From an uncultured virus (IMG/VR IMGVR_UViG_3300042465_006498) (taxonomy: Duplodnaviria > Heunggongvirae > Uroviricota > Caudoviricetes), in IMG/VR virus record IMGVR_UViG_3300042465_006498: DNA of 20,000 nt; one strand, 5' to 3'. Each line of letters begins with the position of its first letter. Position 1 is the first letter of the stretch. Shown here piece by piece: positions 1-7,711 of the stretch. The translations under genes and the position numbers were made by a program. A model generated the notes under the pieces. That model was given only the letters and a program-made list of their open reading frames with translations, searched no databases and had not been told where the DNA came from.

Positions 1-951
1 AATGCTACTATTCTGAGTTTGCAAACTCTAGGAAATTCAGTATGTCCCGCATTGGGTGACAGTATCCCTGCTGCGTCAGCTAACACTGCACCATTTCCTG
101 TGGGCAACAGCCTGGGGTTTCTGGGATTTCTAGAAACTGTGGGCAACACACAACTAGGCTCAGGCGATGTGGGAAAATTTGCACAGGCGTTTTCAGCAGC
201 ACAAGGATATGTGGGGCAAGTTAATTTGTTCATTACCAGTGCGGCCAATGCTAACGAATATCTTGGCCCGACATTTACCAACCTTGACGACATGATCACC
301 GGCGATCTCACCAGGGTGTCGCTGGCGTTGCCTGCACTGGGAGCAGATCTTGAAAAGCTAGGCAACTTGTTGGTGCTTTCTAATATTCAAAATCTAGGTG
401 AACCTGCTGCACTATTGCAACAATTAAGCAAGGTAGGCAATATGGGCAACAACACACTACCGTGTGTGCAAGCTGCCCTGGAAATGTCTGGACTTGACTC
501 CGTAGAAATCACAGGCCTAATCAGCAACAATAGACAAAGTTTGTTTAATCCCAATGGATTGACTACCAATCAATTTGATCGTCTACAACAACGAGCATAC
601 CAGGGTATGAACATGGTAGCAGGAGACTGCTTGGCTGATGTATTGGCCATCTTGGATGTGACCACTCCCGGAATTACTGTTATGACAGATCTGTTGGATC
701 CGGCCAAAATATTGCCCACAAGTTACCCCACCTTGAAGTTTGAAGACCAGTTGATTTACGCACCCGACGGAGCAGTAAATTCAGGAATATCCAACACACT
801 AAATGCAACCACAGCCACAGGCTGTGACGAACTGGGCAAAATTATACCTCCGTCCCAGGCAGTGGCCAACAAGGCCTTGCAGTATCAACTGCAGCAGGTC
901 AGCGGTATTCAAAATCTAACATTGCCACAGTTGGCAGCCATACTGGTATGA
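1..951 (+). CDS. Hypothetical protein, 5'-partial, putative virion structural protein
   Basis: Frame is open from base 1 (NATILSLQTLGNS...). Low-charge, Gly/Ala/Leu/Asn/Gln-rich sequence. ATGA overlap with the next ORF. Confidence 0.6.
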   Translation, partial: NATILSLQTLGNSVCPALGDSIPAASANTAPFPVGNSLGFLGFLETVGNTQLGSGDVGKFAQAFSAAQGYVGQVNLFITSAANANEYLGPTFTNLDDMITGDLTRVSLALPALGADLEKLGNLLVLSNIQNLGEPAALLQQLSKVGNMGNNTLPCVQAALEMSGLDSVEITGLISNNRQSLFNPNGLTTNQFDRLQQRAYQGMNMVAGDCLADVLAILDVTTPGITVMTDLLDPAKILPTSYPTLKFEDQLIYAPDGAVNSGISNTLNATTATGCDELGKIIPPSQAVANKALQYQLQQVSGIQNLTLPQLAAILV

Positions 952-1754
952 CCATAGAAACTCTAAAAAATTTGCCCCTGGTTGAGGCTCAAACTCAACC
1001 TATTACTGATGCAGTAAAAAACTTCTACGCCAACACATTTGCCGGCGGCTCAGGACCTGATGGCACATACCTGATCACTGACTTTTTTGGCACAGCAGCT
1101 GGAATTCCTGCTGTGGATGTACTGCCTCAGGCCAACGCTATCTTGGCTGCAAGAGTTGCAGACGGAACACTTGCTGCTTTAAACGCAGTGTATGCCAACA
1201 TGCTGGGCACAGTCAACGGCACATTTGGCGATCCTGTGTTGGGCCCAGTGGTTATCCCGTCAGGCCCGGGTACCGGAGCATATGCCGATGCCGAAGCAGC
1301 CATGGCCATACTGATTCCATTAGCAGAGTCAGCTATTGTTACTGCAGCCGCAGCCATGGGAAGCGATACTGCAACTCTGAACAGTGCATTCACCAGCATG
1401 GCTGAACAGGCCACTTCGGAAGTGGTCAATCAAGGCAAAGCTGCTATCAATTTGAGTGATCTCACAGCAGGTGATCAGACCAGTGTGATGGCCCTGATAA
1501 CCAATTTTACTAGTCTGGGTACAGACGTTGCAGTGGGACAGGCTGCCCAGTTTTTTGAAGACATTGTGGACATCAATAGTACCACTGGCCAGGCCATCAT
1601 TGGAGCCATGCGAGAAGGCCGCAATCAAGTGCAACTGGCCGAAACAGGCATCAACGGCTATGACATTGTGCCTGACCAACCAGAAACTCCACCACCTGTG
1701 GCACCATTGCTGGGCAGCAGTTACACAGTGGCCGAAGCCGAATCGGCCAGTTGA
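948..1754 (+). CDS. Hypothetical acidic Ala/Gly/Thr-rich protein, putative structural
   Basis: 268-aa ORF coupled to the upstream gene by an ATGA overlap. Its stop TGA lies inside the next -35 box. Confidence 0.6.
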   Translation: MTIETLKNLPLVEAQTQPITDAVKNFYANTFAGGSGPDGTYLITDFFGTAAGIPAVDVLPQANAILAARVADGTLAALNAVYANMLGTVNGTFGDPVLGPVVIPSGPGTGAYADAEAAMAILIPLAESAIVTAAAAMGSDTATLNSAFTSMAEQATSEVVNQGKAAINLSDLTAGDQTSVMALITNFTSLGTDVAVGQAAQFFEDIVDINSTTGQAIIGAMREGRNQVQLAETGINGYDIVPDQPETPPPVAPLLGSSYTVAEAESAS

Positions 1755-1779
1755 CCAAAATTGCCTGGTGTTGTATAAT
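1751..1779 (+). promoter_or_regulatory. Sigma70-type early promoter
   Basis: TTGACC (1751-1756), 17-nt spacer, TATAAT (1774-1779). Confidence 0.8.
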
Positions 1780-1813
1780 TAAACATACAACAACCATGTG
1801 ACAACGTATGCTG

Positions 1814-1845
1814 AATTAAGCCGTACTTGGCTAGCTTGATTTTTT
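1814..1845 (+). terminator. Putative intrinsic terminator or sRNA 3' hairpin
   Basis: AATTAAGC (1814-1821) pairs with GCTTGATT (1834-1841) with one G-U pair, running into a T-tract (1840-1845). Confidence 0.4.
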
Positions 1846-1850
1846 GCAAT

Positions 1851-1879
1851 TTGACCTAAATTAACACTTGTGCTATAAT
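1851..1879 (+). promoter_or_regulatory. Sigma70-type early promoter with extended -10
   Basis: TTGACC (1851-1856), 17-nt spacer, TGcTATAAT (TATAAT at 1874-1879). Confidence 0.85.
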
Positions 1880-1902
1880 TAACACTTAAACAGCAACAAG
1901 GA
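1871..1902 (+). repeat. 32-bp direct repeat, copy 1 (-10 box, leader and RBS)
   Basis: TGCTATAATTAACACTTAAACAGCAACAAGGA, identical to 2166-2197. Confidence 0.95.
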
Positions 1903-1909
1903 ACACTGC

Positions 1910-2149
1910 ATGACAGTACAAGAACTCATCAATTCCCTGCAATTATTGGACCCTACTGCCGAAGTACACTTTAGTTATAACTATGGTGACCACTGGCAGA
2001 CGCAGGTTGCGCCCACTGTGGACCGCGTGGATCTGGCCTTGATCAAGTACAGTGAGTATCACCGTATGAACAAACTCCTAGACGAAGATGACATGTACGA
2101 AGATGAGGGTGACTACGAAGGCACACGCCGTGTGGTGGTGCTTGGTTGA
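1910..2149 (+). CDS. Small acidic hypothetical early protein
   Basis: 79 aa, AAGGA RBS and its own promoter. MTVQELINSL start is typical of small phage proteins. Confidence 0.8.
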   Translation: MTVQELINSLQLLDPTAEVHFSYNYGDHWQTQVAPTVDRVDLALIKYSEYHRMNKLLDEDDMYEDEGDYEGTRRVVVLG

Positions 2150-2174
2150 CCTTTATTCACCGAAATGCTATAAT
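2146..2174 (+). promoter_or_regulatory. Sigma70-type early promoter with extended -10
   Basis: TTGACC (2146-2151), 17-nt spacer, TGcTATAAT (TATAAT at 2169-2174). Confidence 0.85.
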
Positions 2175-2197
2175 TAACACTTAAACAGCAACAAGGA
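2166..2197 (+). repeat. 32-bp direct repeat, copy 2
   Basis: Identical to 1871-1902. Confidence 0.95.
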
Positions 2198-2204
2198 GCC
2201 CCGG

Positions 2205-2486
2205 ATGCCCACAGCAACTTACCAAGCACTTACTGAGCAAGAAAAACGCCAAGTTGGCATGTATGGTGTAACCGAAAAAGGCATGCGTGAAGCTGTAGAG
2301 TCCAGCATGACTTTCCGTTCTAGTGGTCCTGCTATGATGGCGGCCGGCCTGTTGAGCGATTGCCAAGAGATGATGGCTTACGGTCCCTATGACTCAGACA
2401 CGCTGGCCAACATCCAGGAAGATCAGCGTCAAATACTGAATCGTGCCAAGTGGATCCTGTTTGAATATCTTTCATCCAAAGCCTAA
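2205..2486 (+). CDS. Hypothetical early protein
   Basis: 93 aa, AAGGAG RBS, directly behind a promoter. Confidence 0.8.
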   Translation: MPTATYQALTEQEKRQVGMYGVTEKGMREAVESSMTFRSSGPAMMAAGLLSDCQEMMAYGPYDSDTLANIQEDQRQILNRAKWILFEYLSSKA

Positions 2487-2498
2487 TAGGAGAATAAC

Positions 2499-2585
2499 AT
2501 GATGCGACAATTGCTAATTGACCTTGCTCACGCCACTGTGGTATATGCAGTGCCCTTGACACTATACTGGACCTTGATAGGCTAA
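2499..2585 (+). CDS. Small hydrophobic protein, 28 aa (not in ORF track)
   Basis: AGGAG RBS then MMRQLLIDLAHATVVYAVPLTLYWTLIG*. It fills the gap between two genes. Confidence 0.6.
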   Translation: MMRQLLIDLAHATVVYAVPLTLYWTLIG

Positions 2586-2595
2586 GGAGATTGTT

Positions 2596-2841
2596 TTGAA
2601 CGACAAAAAAATTGATTTTAGTTGCTTGGGCTTTGACCGCTATCAAAGCATTGACCTTCAAATTCTTATGAGTCTGCAAAATCATAAGGACATCTGTGAA
2701 TGGGCCAAGGCAGTGGGCGAAGATGATGTGCGTTACGGACTCGGATTGCTGGAACAGGCCGCCTTGGCTGAACTAGATCGCGACACTGAAAATATGAAAC
2801 AGTTTCCTGAAGCAATGGCTGCAATTAGAAAGGTAATGTAA
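2596..2841 (+). CDS. Hypothetical protein
   Basis: 81 aa, TTG start after AAGGAG, TAATG overlap with the next gene. Confidence 0.7.
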   Translation: MNDKKIDFSCLGFDRYQSIDLQILMSLQNHKDICEWAKAVGEDDVRYGLGLLEQAALAELDRDTENMKQFPEAMAAIRKVM

Positions 2842-3191
2842 TGGGACTGGACATGTACGCCTATGTTGCCGCCAAAGCAGGTCAAGAGGCCACTGCTCGT
2901 GAACTGGCCTACTGGCGCAAGCATCCTAATCTGCATGGCTGGATGGAACAACTTGCCAAATCTAAAAATGTTGAGTACGGCTCATTTAATGGCGTTGAAC
3001 TAGAACTGACCTGGGCAGACATTGATGCACTGGAGCAGGCAGTGACGCATAAGCAATTGCCGGGCACTGGCGGTTTCTTTTTTGGGCGTGATGCTGATGA
3101 ACACTATCAAGAAAGTGACCTAGCGTTTGTCAAGGCTGCGCGAGCAGAATTGTTTCTGGGCTTGCGAGTGTTTTATAATAGCTCGTGGTAA
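2841..3191 (+). CDS. Conserved hypothetical phage protein (MGLDMY...YWRKHP...FFFG...YNSSW type)
   Basis: 116 aa with a motif pattern I recognise from a widespread uncharacterised phage family. Confidence 0.8.
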   Translation: MGLDMYAYVAAKAGQEATARELAYWRKHPNLHGWMEQLAKSKNVEYGSFNGVELELTWADIDALEQAVTHKQLPGTGGFFFGRDADEHYQESDLAFVKAARAELFLGLRVFYNSSW

Positions 3192-3203
3192 AAGATTAAA
3201 TAT

Positions 3204-4580
3204 ATGAATGACATCAATTTTTCCAACTCACGCTTTGATGGTCTAACCATGTCAGCCGACTGGATCCAAGATCTTGAAAGTTCCGACAGCCGATTGCACA
3301 AAGAAAAAGTAATCGAAAAAGCCCTGATGGCTGCAAAATTGGGCAGTGCCAGTGCTCAGGGCTTTTTGTTCAACGCTTATCAGGCCTACAATCCCTTCCA
3401 TGTGTTTGGTGTGCAACAAGTGTCTGAGACTACAGGCATCACTCATGCTCCAAACCCCTGGTCCACATTCTGGGCCCTGCTAGAAGATCTGCGTACTCGT
3501 ACTATCACTGGCCATCGTGCTCGCGACCGTATCAAGGAAGTGTCCCAACTGTTTGACAGTGTGGAATGGAACACAGTTTGTCGACGTGTGCTGATCAAGG
3601 ACCTAAGATGTGGTATTTCAGAAAAGACTCTGAACAAGGTGCTGGGCAAAACAGAATGGAAAATCCCTGTGTTCGGTGTGCAGCTGGCACAGGACTCAAC
3701 TGATCAGCCCAAGAAAATGAAAGGCATCAAACGCCTGGAAGTCAAACTGGATGGTGTGCGTGTTATTGCAGTGGTGTCGGGCAGTAGCTGTGTGTTGTAC
3801 AGCCGCAATGGCAAGGAGTTTGAAAACTTCCCACAAATTGCTGAGGCTGTCCTGGACAACCGTCGAGCTTTCCAATACGGCCGAGGAACAGGTGGCCACT
3901 TTGTGTTGGATGGTGAAATTGTAGGTGAGAATTTTCAAGCCTTGATGAAACAGGCACAACGCAAAAGCAATGCCAACACAACTGGCATGGTTTATCACAT
4001 TTTTGATATTGTTCCGCTGGATGCACTCAAAGAAGGTCACTGCAATTTACAACAGCACAAGCGTATAGAATGGATTGAAAGTGCAAGATCCATTCTTGAC
4101 ACCACTGATTGCTTGCGCATCATGCCAGGTATGAATGTGGACTTGGACACTGCTGAAGGACATGATGTCATGCAGCGTTTTGCCAGCGCCAGTGTGGAGC
4201 AAGGATATGAAGGCATCATGATCAAGAATCTTGACGCCCCGTACGAATGCAAGCGTAGTGACCACTGGATGAAATGGAAACCCACAATCACAGTTGACCT
4301 GACCATTGTGGGTTTTGAAGAAGGAACTGGTCGCAATCAGGGCCGACTGGGTGCTATAATTTACGAAGGAGTTGACAATGAACGAAATATTCGGGTCAAT
4401 GTTGGTACTGGCTATAGCGATAATGATCGTGATGAGTTTTGGGCTGCCAGGGATCAGTTACTTGGCGTCATTGGCGAAATCCAAGCTGATGCAGTTACTC
4501 AGAATCAAGACGGATCATTCAGTTTGAGATTTCCTCGACATGTTCGATTCCGTGGATTTGAAGCCGGAGAGAAACTGTAA
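3204..4580 (+). CDS. lig: ATP-dependent DNA ligase (T4 gp30-like)
   Basis: Motif I EVKLDGVR (adenylated Lys), SRNGK, motif III VLDGEI, IIIa FDI, IV EGIMIK, V WMKWKP, and OB-fold motif VI SLRFPR. Confidence 0.96.
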   Translation: MNDINFSNSRFDGLTMSADWIQDLESSDSRLHKEKVIEKALMAAKLGSASAQGFLFNAYQAYNPFHVFGVQQVSETTGITHAPNPWSTFWALLEDLRTRTITGHRARDRIKEVSQLFDSVEWNTVCRRVLIKDLRCGISEKTLNKVLGKTEWKIPVFGVQLAQDSTDQPKKMKGIKRLEVKLDGVRVIAVVSGSSCVLYSRNGKEFENFPQIAEAVLDNRRAFQYGRGTGGHFVLDGEIVGENFQALMKQAQRKSNANTTGMVYHIFDIVPLDALKEGHCNLQQHKRIEWIESARSILDTTDCLRIMPGMNVDLDTAEGHDVMQRFASASVEQGYEGIMIKNLDAPYECKRSDHWMKWKPTITVDLTIVGFEEGTGRNQGRLGAIIYEGVDNERNIRVNVGTGYSDNDRDEFWAARDQLLGVIGEIQADAVTQNQDGSFSLRFPRHVRFRGFEAGEKL

Positions 4581-4675
4581 TGCACTGGATACTGGTACTG
4601 ATACTGACATTCGTTAACCTGCCGCTGGCCCTGGCCTTGTCAGCAATTTTTATATTTTTTGGAAATCAAAAATGA
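4580..4675 (+). CDS. Small membrane peptide, 31 aa (not in ORF track)
   Basis: MHWILVLILTFVNLPLALALSAIFIFFGNQK*. TAATG overlap with the ligase stop and ATGA overlap with the next start. Confidence 0.65.
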   Translation: MHWILVLILTFVNLPLALALSAIFIFFGNQK

Positions 4676-4869
4676 GCAAGAATAAACTGGAAATTGACGT
4701 TGACACAGCAGATCGAATTGCAGTGCTTGTGCTCAAGGAACATCGCAAGTATCTCAAGAAAGAACTAGCCGACTTCAAAAAAGGTCAGTACCTGCATCCT
4801 GAAGATGTAAGTGGAAACACAATCATGGTTCATCACTTGGATGCTGTTATCAAACATTTTGGTGGCTAA
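4672..4869 (+). CDS. Hypothetical protein
   Basis: 65 aa, in a tightly packed operon. Confidence 0.75.
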   Translation: MSKNKLEIDVDTADRIAVLVLKEHRKYLKKELADFKKGQYLHPEDVSGNTIMVHHLDAVIKHFGG

Positions 4870-5295
4870 ATGAAAATTGGACTCAGTTATAGCCGATGTG
4901 TTCGAGACATTGTGGAAGGTCGAGTAGACATTGACGATGTGCTGGTGATCATTTCTCGTACAGATTTTGATCCGCAAGACGATGATCAATGGCAAGGAAT
5001 TTGGTCATCGTACTGTTTAGGCGGAAGAAGTAATCCCGAGTGGAGCAATTACGATGTTAACAGCAAAGAGGATGAGGACAAGTTCCGCAGTGTGAGTGTA
5101 GGCTTATGGAAGTTGGGCAAGTTTCACCAGCCACGCAAGTTTGGCGCACATCCTAGTCGTCGCTCAGAATTTTGGTTGGAAGCAGTGTTGCCTGATTCTG
5201 AATTACAAGCTCGTCCAGCAGTAAAAGACGCATGGGATCAGTTTCAGATACTGGCCGGCCTAACAAACACAAAGTTGGATAGAGATTATCAATGA
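4870..5295 (+). CDS. Hypothetical protein
   Basis: 141 aa, abuts the upstream stop and has an ATGA overlap downstream. Confidence 0.8.
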   Translation: MKIGLSYSRCVRDIVEGRVDIDDVLVIISRTDFDPQDDDQWQGIWSSYCLGGRSNPEWSNYDVNSKEDEDKFRSVSVGLWKLGKFHQPRKFGAHPSRRSEFWLEAVLPDSELQARPAVKDAWDQFQILAGLTNTKLDRDYQ

Positions 5296-5756
5296 AAAAG
5301 GTGTACTATGAAAAAATTGGACGGCGGTATCGGCCTGTGGCTGAGTATGATAATGATCTTTTGGATAGTTTCCATAAAGGTAGTCATCTTGTCTGTGTAT
5401 ACCCCGGGGGTCAATCCCGTAGGTATAACGTGGAACCTAACCATGCGGCCATGATTGCAGCAGGGCGTGTGGCTGAAGATGCTATCTGTCAGGCCTTACA
5501 TAAAGCCAGTGAAATGCGGCCACAGCGAACACCTATCACTCTGGGACAACAACGAGCCTGGCAAAAATTAGCCAAAGAGTTTGGTGATGAATTATGCCCA
5601 TTGATGCACGCCAGCGCTAGAGATGTGGCCGAAGCTGGCGTCAAGGCCATGCAGACAGAAGCTAACAAACTGATGAGTCATCCCGCAGTGGTTGACGCCT
5701 GGGAGAAATTTATGTTAACATGTGAACTTACTAGGGAGAGAGAAAATGGCAACTAA
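5292..5756 (+). CDS. Hypothetical protein
   Basis: 154 aa, coupled by an ATGA overlap. Confidence 0.8.
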   Translation: MKKVYYEKIGRRYRPVAEYDNDLLDSFHKGSHLVCVYPGGQSRRYNVEPNHAAMIAAGRVAEDAICQALHKASEMRPQRTPITLGQQRAWQKLAKEFGDELCPLMHASARDVAEAGVKAMQTEANKLMSHPAVVDAWEKFMLTCELTRERENGN

Positions 5757-5958
5757 AACAACAGTATCTAAAATCAGCGACAAGCTGATCAAGATAAATG
5801 AATCATACACTGTGTATCGTTACGACAACGGCTTCATGGTAGAAGCAGGTGGGCGCAACAAAAAAGGCGACTACGTCACTGCCAAGATCCTGTGCAACAC
5901 ACTGGATGAGGTGCTGATTCTTGCAAAAGAAGCTGGCGAGATGGACTTGGATATTTAA
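5746..5958 (+). CDS. Hypothetical protein (start moved to MATKTT)
   Basis: GGGAG RBS before the ATG at 5746, 70 aa. Confidence 0.75.
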   Translation: MATKTTVSKISDKLIKINESYTVYRYDNGFMVEAGGRNKKGDYVTAKILCNTLDEVLILAKEAGEMDLDI

Positions 5959-5968
5959 GGAAACTACC

Positions 5969-6490
5969 ATGACACAGACTATACCAAATGTAACCTTTGC
6001 CTTTAGACAAGGCGACGAAGCACCTGAGGAAGGTGGATGCCCCATAGGCGGCGAGTTTGTTTTTAAAACAACCAATGACTTGTTTGCCAACAAACGAGTG
6101 GTGGTGTTTAGCCTGCCAGGCGCATTCACACCCACTTGCAGCACCTATCAATTGCCGGGCTTTGAAGAACAGTACAATGACTTCCGAGCAAAAGGTATCG
6201 ATGAAATTTATTGTGTCAGCGTGAATGATGCCTTTGTCATGAACGAATGGGCCAGAGCATTAAACATCAAGAATGTTCGAGTCATCCCCGACGGTGGTTA
6301 CAACTTCACACGAGGCATGGGCATGTTGATTGACATGAGTCACATTGGCTTTGGCTGGCGCAGTCGTCGTTATGCGGCTGTGATCAACAACGGTCTAGTG
6401 GAACACATGTTTGTGGAACCAGAATCCAGCGCAGCTGATCCTGATCCCTACAGTGTTTCCAGTCCTGAAAACGTAATGAAACACCTGTAA
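5969..6490 (+). CDS. Peroxiredoxin (Prx5/redoxin family)
   Basis: LPGAFTPTCS peroxidatic Cys motif, plus CVSVNDAFVM, PDG and RSRRYA. AAGGA RBS before the ATG at 5969. Confidence 0.95.
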   Translation: MTQTIPNVTFAFRQGDEAPEEGGCPIGGEFVFKTTNDLFANKRVVVFSLPGAFTPTCSTYQLPGFEEQYNDFRAKGIDEIYCVSVNDAFVMNEWARALNIKNVRVIPDGGYNFTRGMGMLIDMSHIGFGWRSRRYAAVINNGLVEHMFVEPESSAADPDPYSVSSPENVMKHL

Positions 6491-6500
6491 GGAGAACAGC

Positions 6501-7181
6501 ATGGCCATCTGGAAACTATCACCACAGCATAAAAAATCAGCAGTAGAAAAAATGTTTTTCTACAATGGCAGCAAAGCTATCGTTGTTGAACAAGGCTGGC
6601 GCTGGGGCACGTTCACAGTGGAATCAGATGAGCGTCCGCTTACCGATTCGGAACTGGTAAATGAAGACGGCTATGAACTTGGTTGCATTGACAACGACGA
6701 GTCATGGGAACTGTCTGAAATGACCGACGGTTGTTGGCTAGATATTGACGCATTGCGCGATGCCACCGAAGAAGATGTGACAGCATTTGAACAGGCCTGG
6801 GAACAAGATGGCTATGACGGCGTAGAAGAACTGGGCTGGAGCAATGACGATACAGAATACTACTACCTCGGTCCTTTGGAATTGACCAACGAAGACACTG
6901 GTCAAGTATTTCTGGGTGATGCTGTTGAGCCTCAAGCTCAAACCGAACAACAGTTGATAGCAGAGTTGGACCAGCTTATTGCAACCATGCCAGAGCCAGA
7001 AGAACCTGCTGTCACAGACTGGTTCCCAATCACAGTCAATCCTGCACATGTTGGCAGTTATCAAATAACTGAGACCAAATATCCCAATTGGCCGTTTCCG
7101 CAACATGCTACCTGGGATGGCAAATCCTGGAGTGAATCGGACATTGTGTCCTGGCGTGGCCTGGCAAACAAGCCCGAATAA
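6501..7181 (+). CDS. Highly acidic, Trp-rich hypothetical protein
   Basis: 226 aa, AAGGAG RBS. Appears to have a small C-terminal domain (WFP...P.HVG.Y...WDG..W...WRGL). Confidence 0.8.
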   Translation: MAIWKLSPQHKKSAVEKMFFYNGSKAIVVEQGWRWGTFTVESDERPLTDSELVNEDGYELGCIDNDESWELSEMTDGCWLDIDALRDATEEDVTAFEQAWEQDGYDGVEELGWSNDDTEYYYLGPLELTNEDTGQVFLGDAVEPQAQTEQQLIAELDQLIATMPEPEEPAVTDWFPITVNPAHVGSYQITETKYPNWPFPQHATWDGKSWSESDIVSWRGLANKPE

Positions 7182-7185
7182 TAAG

Positions 7186-7214
7186 TTGACAACATGTCAC
7201 ATGATCTGTATAAT
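7186..7214 (+). promoter_or_regulatory. Perfect-consensus sigma70 promoter
   Basis: TTGACA (7186-7191), 17-nt spacer, TATAAT (7209-7214). Confidence 0.9.
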
Positions 7215-7220
7215 TACTAT

Positions 7221-7381
7221 GCATGATCAAGGAAATGGTGCTGTTCAATAGTGCGGCGGGGGTCCTAGGCCCGCTGCTACTGTGGCATGTGAACGTTAGT
7301 CGCATAGGTTGAGACACTGTCCTTGAGTCAAATCAAAACCTGGTTGGTAGCCAGGGGTATGCCATAAAAGGAATAAAACAG
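7221..7381 (+). ncRNA. Candidate structured non-coding RNA or 5' leader
   Basis: About 170 nt without a long ORF after a strong promoter. Several G-U-containing stems on the + strand (7253-7260/7270-7277, 7281-7289/7358-7366, 7339-7345/7349-7355). Confidence 0.45.
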
Positions 7382-7396
7382 TGAAAGGATATGTAT

Positions 7397-7708
7397 ATGT
7401 CTGTTGAAATTGGGGCCGCTGCGTCGAGCATGTCCGAGTCACTCAGCTCTCTTGAATCAACGCCCTTGGTCATGCACCGTATTTGGTTTGATATCGACAG
7501 TACCGACGTCTGGTATTCAATCCAGCGTGAAGCAAAAAAACTCTATGGCCGCAACTGGAAAAGTCAATCTCGAGTCAGGCGCAAACTAGAAAACATCTGG
7601 GGCCATCAAGTGACCCATCCAGTTTGGTTTGATGTGCCCGATCAGTCATTTGCATCCTGGATCTCGGTAAAGTACGCTGTGACCGCCAAGCTAGGTCCCA
7701 ATAAATAA
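7397..7708 (+). CDS. Hypothetical protein
   Basis: AAAGGA RBS at 7384-7389 favours the ATG at 7397 (alternative 7391). Trp-rich C-terminal domain. Confidence 0.75.
   Translation: MSVEIGAAASSMSESLSSLESTPLVMHRIWFDIDSTDVWYSIQREAKKLYGRNWKSQSRVRRKLENIWGHQVTHPVWFDVPDQSFASWISVKYAVTAKLGPNK
7701..7707 (+). promoter_or_regulatory. T4-like late promoter motif
   Basis: ATAAATA ends 4 nt before the ATG at 7712. The motif recurs at several gene starts. Confidence 0.5.
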
Positions 7709-7711
7709 TCT

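Noticed and set aside
1851..2197. CRISPR-like repeat-spacer arrangement
   Set aside because: There are only two exact 32-bp copies, separated by a whole ORF. The repeat is a promoter/RBS block and no cas genes are present.
2518..2547. TTGACC...TATATG as a fourth early promoter
   Set aside because: The spacer is 18 nt, the -10 is poor, the conserved downstream block is absent, and it lies in a plausible small ORF.
1795..7203. CATGTGACA (1795-1803) and its reverse complement TGTCACATG (7195-7203) near two promoters
   Set aside because: A single 9-bp match in 20 kb is expected by chance, and the positions relative to the promoters differ.
7281..7366. tRNA-sized multibranch fold
   Set aside because: There is no TTC T-loop, no D-loop GG in the expected place and no 7-nt anticodon loop. 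It is kept only as a generic structured RNA candidate.
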